The translations under genes and the position numbers were made by a program. Positions 55,065-64,000 of a stretch of 64,000 nucleotides of DNA are shown here, one piece after another. The DNA is from Rhodanobacter sp. FW102-FHT14D07 (GTDB taxonomy: Bacteria > Pseudomonadota > Gammaproteobacteria > Xanthomonadales > Rhodanobacteraceae): positions 613,636 through 677,635 of the forward strand of contig NZ_CP170721.1 in NCBI RefSeq assembly GCF_043950725.1, in the 5' to 3' direction. The notes below the pieces were generated by a model. The model ran no database searches. It saw only the letters and a program-made list of their open reading frames with translations, and was not told the DNA's origin. How positions within the stretch are numbered: the first letter of the stretch is position 1; the number at the start of each line of letters is the position of its first letter.

Positions 55065-56150
55065 TCAATGGGTGGTCTTTTTGCTTTCTAGCACGCAACT
55101 AACACGCAGCGCGGTCATGTATCCGTCGATGGCTGCCGCGGCTTGGCCTAGGTAGTCGGGCCGATACCGCGCATAGACTTCCGTCTTGCCGCTGTACGCC
55201 TTGTGCCCGAGAAACCCCTGTATCTCCGCCTCTGGCACGCCAGACGCGCGCAGGTGCGTCGCCATCGTGTGTCGGATGACCTTGGGCACGGTTCCGGGCG
55301 GGAGGCCCGCAGCGGTCCGCATTTTGCGCCAGGCGGTCTTGAAGCTGGCAATCTCTCTGCCGCGCCACTGCACCAGCGGACCGTCGCTCGCCTGCTCGAT
55401 CCACGGCAACAGGAAGTCGCAGATGGGCACCGTGGGACGGTACTTCTTGGTCTGGCGCCGGCCGGGCGGATTCTGGATCAGTAGACGCCGGTCCAGGTCG
55501 GCGAACGATCGGTGCATGCCCAGGATCGCCTCCGGGCGGGCCAGCGTGCCGTAGGCGAGCGCGAGGTACATCCGTTCATGCGGCGATTCGGCGGCACCCC
55601 ACAAGGCCGCGGATTCCTCGACGGATAGCGTCTGCTCGCGGGCTTCACCGTCCTGCCACGGGATGATGAACGGGACGGTATCAATCTCGCCCTCGCGGTA
55701 GGCGCGGTTCAGCGCCGACTTGCCCACGGTCAGGACGCGCTTCACGTACCCATCGGACAGCGGCGGCTTGCGCTTGGCTTTGAGCCACTCGGCGAACTCG
55801 CGCTGCCTTGCCGGCGTCACTTCCGCCACGGTGGCGCCGCAGAAGAAATCCGACCAGTAGGCCAGCGCAATGCGGGCCATTTCAGCCGATGCCGATGCTT
55901 CGGCGTGCTGCTGGTAATAGCGGACCAAGACAAGCTCCAGCGCCGTGTCGTGCGCCTCCTGTTTGCCTACCCGCCCATACTTGGCGAACCACTCCCACAG
56001 CTTTAATTTTGCGGCTTGAAGATCGTCTGTGCCAAGCGATGCGCGTCGCGTCTGCCGAGTGTTGGCGTCGTACCACGTGCGGCACCACTGCGCGGAGCCT
56101 GGCCGCTTGGTGAGCCAGTAGTCGCCGATTTCGCCGGTACGTTCCTGCAT
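55065..56150 (-). CDS. int: Tyrosine-type site-specific integrase (phage integrase family)
   Basis: 361 aa. The C-terminal catalytic region carries R...HxxR...Y (VIRHTMATHLRASGVPEAEIQGFLGHKAYSGKTEVYARY). Confidence 0.9.
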   Translation of the reverse strand: MQERTGEIGDYWLTKRPGSAQWCRTWYDANTRQTRRASLGTDDLQAAKLKLWEWFAKYGRVGKQEAHDTALELVLVRYYQQHAEASASAEMARIALAYWSDFFCGATVAEVTPARQREFAEWLKAKRKPPLSDGYVKRVLTVGKSALNRAYREGEIDTVPFIIPWQDGEAREQTLSVEESAALWGAAESPHERMYLALAYGTLARPEAILGMHRSFADLDRRLLIQNPPGRRQTKKYRPTVPICDFLLPWIEQASDGPLVQWRGREIASFKTAWRKMRTAAGLPPGTVPKVIRHTMATHLRASGVPEAEIQGFLGHKAYSGKTEVYARYRPDYLGQAAAAIDGYMTALRVSCVLESKKTTH

Positions 56151-56335
56151 GACTCCAGATACTCATTCAAGATCGCGTCGGTATAGCGGATGATGCGCTG
56201 CCCGATGCGGTAGGGGTGGATGCGGCCAGCCACTCGCTCGCGCATCAGTGACGCCTTGCTGATTCCCAAGCGTACTGCAGCCTCGGCTTCGGTGAACCGT
56301 TCCTCCGCGTCCACGATGTGCGGATTTGGGCTCAT
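56003..56335 (-). CDS. xis: AlpA/Xis-type phage excisionase-like DNA-binding protein; 3' end overlaps int out of frame, so the true stop is uncertain
   Basis: Residues 14-56 (FTEAEAAVRLGISKASLMRERVAGRIHPYRIGQRIIRYTDAIL) match the AlpA/MerR-superfamily excisionase HTH. The HTH lies at 56167-56296, immediately upstream of the int start. Confidence 0.6.
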   Translation of the reverse strand: MSPNPHIVDAEERFTEAEAAVRLGISKASLMRERVAGRIHPYRIGQRIIRYTDAILNEYLESCRNVPAKSATTGSPSGQAPRSGAARGTTPTLGRRDAHRLAQTIFKPQN

Positions 56336-57410
56336 GCAACGCTCCTCAGTGACTCGAACAGGTCGCCTTGCGGCTCGCGCGGAGCCTTCGCCACGATGTG
56401 CAAGGCGTCCCCGTTAGAGCGGTACTGCCAAGGTCTGCACGTGCTGCGCAGGGTGAAATAGTGGTAGTGCGCTTCCTGCTGGTACGGTGGCGGCAGGGCG
56501 CAAGCGACGTGGACATAGGGCGGGCCCTTTTCTTGCGCCCAGTCCTCGTCGTCCAACTCGATGACACGGACGACGGTCATCGGGCCAATGCCGCCGCCGA
56601 ACATCATCCAGTCCTCGTCAGGGCGGCTCATGTATCCGCGGCTCCAATGGCGCACCTTGTCGCCGACCTCGATCATGCGAACAACTCCCCTTGCGTCGTC
56701 TCCCGCATCGCCGCCGCCTCGCGCCGGTACTTCGCCGCCCAGTCCAGGTAATCCCAGAAGCTGTGCCAGTACCACGGGAGCGTGGCAGCACGGAGCCGAC
56801 AAACGCGGGCTTGTGCGAGGTAGACGCGGGCCAAGTGGAGTTTGAAGGCGCGGTCGCTCACACCACCCCCATCAACGCCAGATCCACGTCGTCCACGCTG
56901 TTGCGCAACTGGTGCCGCGCAATGTTCAGCTCGTCGGCAATCTCCGCCCGGCCAGCATCGCCCGGGAAGTTGCGCAGCACCGCGTGCACGGCTCCGCGTT
57001 GATCGCGCCGGTACAGCCGGTACAGAACGCTGCCTGAGTCCTGCGGGATGCGCGCCCAGCAGAAGCGGTTGCGGTTATGGGGCATGCGGCGTGTGAAGGG
57101 CTTCATTCCTCCACCTCCCCGCTATCGAAGCCCCATTCGGTCATGAGTTCGGATGCGCGATTCGTGATGTTGTCGCACGTCTGCCGTGCCATACTCGCCG
57201 ACTTGCAATCAAGCGAATTCCCACTTTCCGGGAACACGCTTTCTGGGTAGTAGCCGCGCACCTCTCCTATCGCCTGCATCAGCGCGTTGGCGCACAAGGT
57301 GTCGTGATCCAGCGAACGGGCAAGATAATCCTCTCCCTGTGTCGCCGGGTGATAAGCGACTCCCGGCAGAACTGTTCCGTCATCTTCGCGTGCTACATAC
57401 GTCCTGAGTC

Positions 57411-57662
57411 TCATTCCCCATCCTCCCGCTCGTCCTCGACCCTCAGTTCAAGGAACTTCGCCCCGCGAGCGTCATAGACGCGAACGCTGTGGTTGTCGTC
57501 GTCGGTCCACTCCACCGCTCCAAATGGCACGGATTCCGATCCCGTCCCGAAGGAAAGATGGTGCACTGCGACCGCATACGCGATGTCTCGCAGGCACGCC
57601 TCCACGCGATCGGGTGGAATCTTTACGAGGTCGCCGATGGCGTCGATTCTGTACGCGATCAT
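57411..57662 (-). CDS. Small prophage protein of unknown function (83 aa), translationally coupled
   Basis: MIAYRIDAIGDLV...DEREDGE. ATGA overlaps link it to the upstream and downstream ORFs. Its C-terminus and the following ribosome-binding site come from the repeated GGGAGGATGGGGAATGA junction. Confidence 0.45.
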   Translation of the reverse strand: MIAYRIDAIGDLVKIPPDRVEACLRDIAYAVAVHHLSFGTGSESVPFGAVEWTDDDNHSVRVYDARGAKFLELRVEDEREDGE

Positions 57663-57927
57663 TCCCCATCCTCCCGCGCGCTGTTGTGCATGTCCACACG
57701 CGTCGGATCAAGCGTGCGCAAATGATCCAGCAGCCAAGCGAAGTCGATGGCGTAGCAGCGCGTCCCGGAAGAGTTAGGCATATCCACTGCAACACTTACG
57801 ATGTCGCGGTCACCTCTTCGCGCATCCAGGAAGAGCGCAATGCGCTGTCCACTGTCGTCCGAGACGACTAAGGCATCCTTGTAGATACCGAAGTCGTAGT
57901 CACCGCGAAACTCTGCTTCAATCATGG
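57659..57927 (-). CDS. Small prophage protein of unknown function (about 89 aa)
   Basis: MIEAEFRGDYDFGIYKDALVVSDDSGQRIALFLDARRGDRDIVSVAVDMP...HNSAREDGE. The start is chosen at the Met 9 nt after GGGAGGA; the track ORF extends to 58108 and would overlap the upstream gene by 190 nt. Confidence 0.4.
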
Positions 57928-58376
57928 CTTCCATCCTCCCGCGCGCTGTTGTGCAGGTAGGCGGCGATCTTCTCGCCAAGCGAAAGCGCCTCGCCCCATG
58001 AAAGCTGGTCAACGCTTTGCGACTGCATGAAGGCGTAGCACCCCCGCAGCAGCGCATCCGCCGCAGCGAGCCGGGATTGCAGCTCGTCGCGCTCATTCCG
58101 CAGCGCATGCCATCCCGCTTCGGTGCCGGCGTCTAGTTGCGCTTGCAACCTCTCGTTCTCCGCCTCCAGCTCGCCCAGGCGGGCGCGGATGGTCGTTAGT
58201 TCTGACTCTTGGTCACGGGCGAGCGGCGCAAGCTTTTGGTGTACGGCTTCGTAATACCCGGCTTGGGCGCTGGTGCTAAAACCGGGGTGCGCCTGCATCA
58301 CCTGTTCAATCAGGGCATCCACACACGGCGACCTTGAATCCGCCACCGCCTTACTCACGTTCTCGTCCATCGTCAT
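57918..58376 (-). CDS. Prophage coiled-coil protein of unknown function (152 aa)
   Basis: The central region (LGELEAENERLQAQLDAGTEAGWHALRNERDELQSRLAAADALL) is coiled-coil. The C-terminal ...HNSAREDG is encoded by a 25-bp direct repeat shared with the next gene. Confidence 0.45.
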   Translation of the reverse strand: MTMDENVSKAVADSRSPCVDALIEQVMQAHPGFSTSAQAGYYEAVHQKLAPLARDQESELTTIRARLGELEAENERLQAQLDAGTEAGWHALRNERDELQSRLAAADALLRGCYAFMQSQSVDQLSWGEALSLGEKIAAYLHNSAREDGSHD

Positions 58377-59056
58377 TCCTCGGGCTGGGGCGGGGTCTGC
58401 ACAAACACTTGGTAATCTCCGTCCGGCAAGTCGCCCGCGTAATCGAAGTCCGTGTTGAGCATCGAATCAATGCCCTTCCACCGCTGCAGCGTGAGCGTGC
58501 CAACGCGAGTCCACCCCTCCGCCTGCGCGTTGCCGATGGCGCGGGTGAGCTTCTCTCCGAGTTGATAACAGGGCTCTGCATCTAGTCCCGTTTCATCTGT
58601 GCATTGCAGTTGCGCAATTACCTCCCGGATCGCCCCTACATCCACCGCCTGCGCATCTACTAAATACTGCGCTCGTGCAATCAGCTGTGTATGCCATGAC
58701 ATGTCGTCCATGTCTGGATCGCGAACTTCGCCTAAGCGTTCGGCGATCTGGAATATGGCGTCTTGCAAGGCATCCACCGCCTGCGCTGGCTGGGCGAGGT
58801 GGGCGTCGATGGCGTCGGCGGCCGCTTTGTGACGAGCCGCTCCCGCCGAGAGTGAGCCCGCTTTTGCTAACAGCACCTCCATTTTGCGATGCCAGTCCCG
58901 TACCTGCTCAAGCGTCATCTTCTCGGCCATGTCACTCTCCTTCGGCTGACGGATCATTTCGGCCGTGATCGCCCATCGGCATCCCTCGGTGTGACAGATG
59001 AAACCGGGGCTGATGTAGGGCATCTGCGCGCACCGGGCGCATGGCTTGGGTTGCAT
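58373..59056 (-). CDS. Prophage protein with N-terminal Cys4 zinc-ribbon-like motif, unknown function
   Basis: MQPKPCARCAQMPYISPGFICHTEGCRW... (CxxC...CxxxxC) followed by an acidic helical region. The start is taken at an internal Met of the 271-aa track ORF, leaving a 2-nt gap to the upstream gene. Confidence 0.4.
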   Translation of the reverse strand: MQPKPCARCAQMPYISPGFICHTEGCRWAITAEMIRQPKESDMAEKMTLEQVRDWHRKMEVLLAKAGSLSAGAARHKAAADAIDAHLAQPAQAVDALQDAIFQIAERLGEVRDPDMDDMSWHTQLIARAQYLVDAQAVDVGAIREVIAQLQCTDETGLDAEPCYQLGEKLTRAIGNAQAEGWTRVGTLTLQRWKGIDSMLNTDFDYAGDLPDGDYQVFVQTPPQPEE

Positions 59057-59058
59057 GG

Positions 59059-59766
59059 TCACTCTCCCTCGGGCTGGGTGGGTTGTTGGACGGCGATAAC
59101 TTTCAGCTCCATCGCCGCACCTACGGGCGCATTGAACGCATCGACGTTGGCCCACCGTTCGACCAATGAACGCGGTACGGGTATGCATCCATCCGGCACC
59201 CCGGCGGGTGACAGTGGCGCGTACCCACCAGCCTTGCCCTGCACTGTCCGCAAGTCCAGCACGTAGTCCCGCATTTCCGTCTTGTTGAGGCGCGGGCGCT
59301 CGCCGTCGATGATTGCCTGCAGGTCATCAGCCATCTGCGCCAACGTCGCCACCGCCTCACCCTGGCCCTGCGCGGCGAGGGCATTCGTGCAACCCAACCC
59401 GTTGTCGTCTAGTCCATCACACACGGCGTCGGCTGCCCGTCCGCATGCTGTGCAGCGCTCGGGTTTCACCTCATCCTGCGCGGCGAGGGCGGCAGATAGG
59501 GCGACGCGCATCGGCTCGCGCATGAGATCGACCGCGCCGGCAAGCAGGTGAAGGTCTGCGGCGATGTACGCGAGACACGCTCGCTCCACCATCTCATCCC
59601 CCACCCGCCCGCTGTCGGCTGGCTTGCTCAGGGTGTCGGCGTAGGCGCGCAACGCCGCAGCTGCACGATTCAGAACAATATTTTCTTCGAGCGTAATTGG
59701 GGCCACCAGCTCATCCAAATTCGTGGCTATTTTCCGCACTTCCTCGGCGGTGAATTTCTGGGTCAT
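59059..59766 (-). CDS. Prophage hypothetical protein (235 aa)
   Basis: MTQKFTAEEVRKIATNLDELVAP...; contains CTACGRAADAVCDGLDDNGLGC. No family recognised. Confidence 0.4.
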   Translation of the reverse strand: MTQKFTAEEVRKIATNLDELVAPITLEENIVLNRAAAALRAYADTLSKPADSGRVGDEMVERACLAYIAADLHLLAGAVDLMREPMRVALSAALAAQDEVKPERCTACGRAADAVCDGLDDNGLGCTNALAAQGQGEAVATLAQMADDLQAIIDGERPRLNKTEMRDYVLDLRTVQGKAGGYAPLSPAGVPDGCIPVPRSLVERWANVDAFNAPVGAAMELKVIAVQQPTQPEGE

Positions 59767-60138
59767 GGCGCGGCTCCGGCAGCCGTCAATGCGATCACGG
59801 CCTGTTTGCGGAAGTCCTCGCTGTAGAACTTCCAGTTATCCTCGTTATCCACTCCGCAGACGTCCGATGCGTCTTTGCAAAGCGCGCGGGCGGCACGGGT
59901 GATCTGCGCATCACTCCACGCCCGTTCGCGGATCGGCGTTTCGGGTTGCGGGCAGTTCGGGATGGGGCCGGTCATGGGTGGCGCTCCAGTGGGAAAGGGT
60001 GGCCGGTTACGCCGGCCGGGCGTGTTGGGATGGGTGCCGGTTACGTCATCCGGCGCTGGTGGATCCCTGCGGCTACCCGGACAAGGCCGGGAATGGTTCC
60101 GCAGGGGCAGAGCAGCCGTTCGCCGCTTCAGGGTTCGG

Positions 60139-61194
60139 TTACTCGCTGAACTTCCCGGACGCGACCACGCCCAGGTCATACAGCGGCTTGCGCTCGCTCT
60201 CCGGCAACAGACTGATCAGATCGACCGCGGCATCGAGCGCGTCCTTGTCGGTGGCGTTCGCGATGGCGTCGTGGATCTCCTGCGCGGAGATGTCGGGGCC
60301 GGTTTCGACGCGCTGCGGCTCGTCGCCGGTGGGCTGCTCGTCGTGCGTCTCGACGCGGTAGTCGCCGTCGATGACCAGCGCGTTGTGCTGCGACAGGCCG
60401 GCATCGGCTTGCTCGTCCAGGCCCACGGCGCGCTGGATCTCGATCGAGACCGGCAGGTACTTGAACAACTGGCGGATGACGGTCTTCTTCGCCATCTCGT
60501 CGAAGTGGTTCGACCACGGGCTATCGACCGCCTTCTTGTACTTCTCCGCCGACTTCACTGCGGCCTGATAGCCCTGGCTGCCGTCGCGGGTCTGCTCGAC
60601 CTTCGCCCGGCTCATGACCTCGAACTGCACGCCGCCGCCGACCAGCTTGGCGACGGCATAGACATGGGTCATCTCGCCGGGGTCGGTGCCTTCGTACGGG
60701 ACATGCTCCAGCGTCTCGTCCAGACCGAACGTGTAGCTGAATTTGTCCTTCGCATAGACGATGCGCGCCGACAGGCTGACGATTTGGCCGGAGCGGCGGG
60801 CGAGGTCGATCATGCCGCGGTAGCCGATGATCAGTTGCACCTCGGTGCCGATCACGCGCCACTCGCCGCCGACCTTGCCGCGCTTGTCGAACGGGATCAG
60901 GTAGGCGTGGCCCAGCGCGCCGCCCGGCTCCAGGCCCAGCGCCGCCACCTGCATGATCGCGCCGAGAAAGCTGGTCTGGTCGCACTGTGCCAGCTTCGGC
61001 ACCTTGCGAATCTCGGTCAGTGCGATGCGCGCCAGCCGGTCGGCCGTCATGTGCTTGGGCAAGGCGAGCGCCATCTGTGCCTTGATCTTCGGATCAGTGA
61101 GCAGGTGGGCGAGGGTCTTGTGGCTGGGGTCATTGGTAGCGACGGCGGTGCCGGTGGACTGGCCTTGTACGGCTTGCTTGAGTGTCTGTGCCAT
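60139..61194 (-). CDS. recT: RecT-family single-strand annealing protein (phage Bet/RecT recombinase)
   Basis: 351 aa. ...GAIMQVAALGLEPGGALGHAYLIPF...EVQLIIGYRGMIDLARRSGQIVSLSARIVYAKDKFSY... are RecT core motifs, with an acidic C-terminus. Confidence 0.88.
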   Translation of the reverse strand: MAQTLKQAVQGQSTGTAVATNDPSHKTLAHLLTDPKIKAQMALALPKHMTADRLARIALTEIRKVPKLAQCDQTSFLGAIMQVAALGLEPGGALGHAYLIPFDKRGKVGGEWRVIGTEVQLIIGYRGMIDLARRSGQIVSLSARIVYAKDKFSYTFGLDETLEHVPYEGTDPGEMTHVYAVAKLVGGGVQFEVMSRAKVEQTRDGSQGYQAAVKSAEKYKKAVDSPWSNHFDEMAKKTVIRQLFKYLPVSIEIQRAVGLDEQADAGLSQHNALVIDGDYRVETHDEQPTGDEPQRVETGPDISAQEIHDAIANATDKDALDAAVDLISLLPESERKPLYDLGVVASGKFSE

Positions 61195-61221
61195 GTGGTG
61201 GTGCTCCGGTTATAGATCGGG

Positions 61222-62064
61222 TTATTTTTTGAGGTTGAAAACGCGCACGCCGTCGCTGCGAGGCTTCCAGGTGGCGATAGCGATGCCGCCGGCGGTGAGG
61301 GTCGTGGCGTCGCGCATGAAGCCCTTGACCTTGAATTCCTCCACGGCCTTCTGCGCCTCCAGCAACTTGATGCGCTGGCGAAGGGCGTGCAGCTCGGTCA
61401 TGGCCAGTTGCGTCTCGGTGTCGGCCTCGACGGCTCGGCCGGTGCCGCGCGGGTACAGGCGCAGCAGATCCTCGACATTGGTCGGCGGCGGCGGGCGGCG
61501 CGGCAGGACGTGGTACTTCCAGAACCGCTCGGCCTGGGCGCGAATCTCGGCGATCAGTTCGTCGTCGCGCTCCACGCGGTACACCAGGTGCTTGTCGAAG
61601 CCGACCATGGCCTGCACGTAGCATTGCGGAGCCGGCTTGACGCCCATACCCCACATCGCCTGCGCGGTGACGTACAGCGGCGGCTCTTCGCCGGCATCGG
61701 GATCGCCCCACGCGCCGACCGCGTTCGGGTGCACACTCTTCGTTTCCCCGTTGCTGCCGTCTTCGGGCTCGAAGTCGATCTCGGCCCGCGCCCACTCGAA
61801 CTCGGCATCCTGATAGCGGACATTCGTGCGAACCACCTGTAGGCCGGTGCGACGCGTGAACTTCTTGGCCAGCCACGGCTCCAGGTCGCGGCGGTCCTCG
61901 AAGAACTCGGCCTTCTCCGGCGTCAGCTCGTCCTGCAGCTCATTGACTATCAGCAGGTATTCGTCGAGCGGCGTGCGGAACGGCGACAGGCCGAGGATGC
62001 CGGCGATGTTGCCGCCGCCGATGTAGCCGCGGGTTTCCGAAAGCGGGGCGAGCTGGGCGTTCAT
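61222..62064 (-). CDS. YqaJ-like (lambda-exonuclease fold, PD-(D/E)XK) 5'-3' exonuclease, partner of RecT
   Basis: MNAQLAPLSETRGYIGGGNIAGILGLSPFRTPLDEYL... is a YqaJ viral-recombinase N-terminus. It lies immediately upstream of recT, a RecE/RecT-like two-component recombination module. The start is at the internal Met (complement of 62062-62064). Confidence 0.8.
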   Translation of the reverse strand: MNAQLAPLSETRGYIGGGNIAGILGLSPFRTPLDEYLLIVNELQDELTPEKAEFFEDRRDLEPWLAKKFTRRTGLQVVRTNVRYQDAEFEWARAEIDFEPEDGSNGETKSVHPNAVGAWGDPDAGEEPPLYVTAQAMWGMGVKPAPQCYVQAMVGFDKHLVYRVERDDELIAEIRAQAERFWKYHVLPRRPPPPTNVEDLLRLYPRGTGRAVEADTETQLAMTELHALRQRIKLLEAQKAVEEFKVKGFMRDATTLTAGGIAIATWKPRSDGVRVFNLKK

Positions 62065-62321
62065 GTGCCAATAACCCCGTGAGCACGCTCCATCGACTGG
62101 CGAGCCACTTCTTCGCCGGGATGCTCTTCCTCGGAATCTTCCCTTTCGGCGAGCATGGCGTCGGCCATGCGGTAAGCATTCCACGCGACCTGTCCTTCGA
62201 CGCTTCGGCCAGCCTGTTCCGCCGCTTCAATCAACGCGTCGCAAGGTTCGCCGGGAACGCCGCAAGTGATTAGTTCGGCGTGCATCGCGGCTTTTGCGAA
62301 ATCGTCGCGCAGCGTGTTCAT
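62061..62321 (-). CDS. Small acidic prophage protein (86 aa), unknown function
   Basis: MNTLRDDFAKAAMHAELITCGVPGEPCDALIEAAEQAG...EREDSEEEHPGEE. ATGA coupling to the neighbouring genes. Confidence 0.35.
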   Translation of the reverse strand: MNTLRDDFAKAAMHAELITCGVPGEPCDALIEAAEQAGRSVEGQVAWNAYRMADAMLAEREDSEEEHPGEEVARQSMERAHGVIGT

Positions 62322-63517
62322 ACCCGAGCCTCCCGCTTCGTGCGATTCACCGTCACAGCCTTGGCGGTGCGGTTCTCGTCGTTCGACAGCGCGACGCGGA
62401 GGTCGTCGATCAGATTCCAAAGCCCCCCGATCGGCGTGGCGTCGGTGACCTCGTAATCGACAACCGCCTGCGCCGCTTCCCGCAGCCCAAGGTTCGCCAG
62501 CCGATCCGCCTCGGCCTTCTTCGCCGCCGCCTCGCGCTCGCGCTTGAGCTGTGCGGCCTGCTCATCCAGCTTGCGCTGCTCGGCGGCCTGGCGCTCGCGC
62601 TCGGCGTGCAGGACGGCTTCATCCTGCTCACGCTGGATACGATCAGCCTCGGCCTGCTCGGCGCGGATGCGATCCTGTTCCTCGCGCTCGATGCGGTCAG
62701 CTTCCTCGCGCTCGGCACGGGCAACACGATCCAGCTCGGCCTGTGCCTCGATCTCCCGCTGGCGCTTTTCGGCAGCCTCCCGCGCGATCCGGCCAGCTTC
62801 CTCGGCGGCAGCCTTGCGCTCACGCTCGACGCGCTCGGCCTCGGCCTCGTCGATCAGCCGCTGCTGCTCGGCCATCTTCACGCGCATGGCTTCCATCTCG
62901 GCGTCGCGCTCGGCCTGGCGCTTCTTCTCCGCGTCAGCCTCCTGCTGCGCCGCCAGCAAGTCCTGCACGCGCGCCACGGCGGCGGTGAGGGCATCGGTAG
63001 CCGTGAGGTAGTCGGCGCCCAGCTCGGCCTCGTCCAGCGTGGTCTCGCGCAGCTTCGCGAGCTGGCCCGCGATGATCACGGACGGCTTGCCGACCAGTGA
63101 GGCCGGCACGTCGCGGATGGCCTGGATCTTCTTCTGGATCGCTTCGACGCGCAGGCGCTCGGCTTCGAGCTTCGCCAGCCGTTCGGCTTCCGCCCGCGCC
63201 TCCTCGGCCTTGATCTGCACGTCGATCGGCTCCTCCAGCGCGACCAGCTCGGCAGTGATCCGCTTGGCCTCGTCGTCGATCAACCGGCAGCGCTCCAGCG
63301 CCGGCGCCTTGATCTCCTTGCGGGTCTTCTCCAGCGACGTGCGCAGCGTGCGCAGCTCGGCGCGGGCCTCCTTCGCGGCCTTCATCTCCTTCGGCTTCGC
63401 GACGTCGTAGACGACGCCCTGGTGACGCTGGCGAAGGTCGGCCAGGGCGGCGGCGGTCTCGCTGTACTCCGCGATCTGCGTCAGGTTGCTACCGGCGGTC
63501 TTTTCGGTGGTGTCCAT
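62318..63517 (-). CDS. Prophage protein with long E/R/A-rich coiled-coil repeat region (399 aa), unknown function
   Basis: Roughly 250 residues are charged heptad-like repeats (AEAERVERERKAAAEEAGRIAREAAEKRQREIEAQAELDRVARAEREEADRIEREEQDRIRAEQAEADRIQREQDEA...). The C-terminus is basic. Confidence 0.55.
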   Translation of the reverse strand: MDTTEKTAGSNLTQIAEYSETAAALADLRQRHQGVVYDVAKPKEMKAAKEARAELRTLRTSLEKTRKEIKAPALERCRLIDDEAKRITAELVALEEPIDVQIKAEEARAEAERLAKLEAERLRVEAIQKKIQAIRDVPASLVGKPSVIIAGQLAKLRETTLDEAELGADYLTATDALTAAVARVQDLLAAQQEADAEKKRQAERDAEMEAMRVKMAEQQRLIDEAEAERVERERKAAAEEAGRIAREAAEKRQREIEAQAELDRVARAEREEADRIEREEQDRIRAEQAEADRIQREQDEAVLHAERERQAAEQRKLDEQAAQLKREREAAAKKAEADRLANLGLREAAQAVVDYEVTDATPIGGLWNLIDDLRVALSNDENRTAKAVTVNRTKREARV

Positions 63518-64000
63518 TTCGATTCCTTGCGTGAATAGGTGCGCAGACAGCCGCTGCGCTCGGTGTTGAGCCGGCGACTAGGGGGAATCGCTGGCTGGCG
63601 CGCGCTCGGGAGGTAGCGCGTGGGTAGTGGGATCGGACGTGGCACGGATGCGCGGCTTGCTCGGCCGGCGGTGATAGCCGGCACCGAAGTACTTGGCCGC
63701 CCATGCGGCGACGCGCTCGTCATTCGTGGGGACGCGGATCGACTCTGCCGCTTGCGTGGCGTGGATCAGGAACATGGCGCGACCTCCGAAGAAGGATCGC
63801 CGGCCCCGGCAAGACCAGGGGATGGAATCAGCAGCGCGTCTCTCGACGGGCTGGCCGGGGCAGGCGAAGGGGTGAGCGGGACGATGCGCAACATGCGCGC
63901 CAGTTCGGCGCAGACGGCGCTGCGTTCCGCTTCGGATTCGTAGCAGGCGAGGTCCGAATAACCGGCCATCACGCGACTCTCCGCGCTTCGGCGGCAGCGA

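Larger units (their letters stand above)
55040..64000 (-). mobile_element. Lambdoid-type prophage/integrative element at the 3' end of tRNA-Val; only the left (int-xis-early recombination) arm is inside the window
   Basis: On the minus strand: tyrosine integrase adjacent to the tRNA, then AlpA/Xis, eight to ten translationally coupled small ORFs, RecT, a YqaJ exonuclease and a coiled-coil protein. This follows the lambda pL operon layout (exo-bet...xis-int-attP). The right attachment end lies beyond 64000. Confidence 0.85.

Noticed and set aside
56858-57106. 82-aa phage ORF as a PrtN-like pyocin activator
   Set aside because: Only a vague impression of basic and aromatic composition. No motif I can substantiate from memory, so it is left as hypothetical.

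Overview
This is a high-GC (~66%) chromosomal window from a Xanthomonadaceae-like gammaproteobacterium. It is mostly conserved core genes. In order these are: uppS(partial)-frr-pyrH-tsf-rpsB on the minus strand; map-glnD-hemJ; the thrS-infC-rpmI-rplT-pheS-pheT-ihfA-merR cluster; tRNA-Pro; serA diverging from a D-2-hydroxyglutarate-dehydrogenase-like FAD oxidase; pip; a large secreted LTD/Calx-beta/EEP nuclease; upp; psiF; an atypical class-III aminotransferase; an ABC-2 exporter with a HisKA_3 kinase and a LuxR regulator; a 1.1-kb gene-poor stretch holding two aberrant tandem tRNA-like sequences; an SPFH-protein/RtcB RNA-ligase pair; queA-tgt-yajC-secD-secF; motAB; murU-amgK; iscR-sufBCDS; an acyltransferase, panE, a GNAT and a Rieske gene; a FimT-like pilin; and uvrB. 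At tRNA-Val(GAC) (54965..55039) a lambdoid prophage begins and runs off the right edge, carrying an integrase, an AlpA-type Xis, translationally coupled small ORFs, RecT and a YqaJ exonuclease. I found no rRNA and no CRISPR array. The least explained locus is the tRNA-like pair followed by the SPFH-RtcB two-gene module (30897..33838). The other observations are mostly recurring intergenic palindromes, structured leaders and prophage cargo. Many long opposite-strand ORFs in the six-frame track are GC-frame artefacts. All calls come from reading the translations and sequence by eye; no searches were run.
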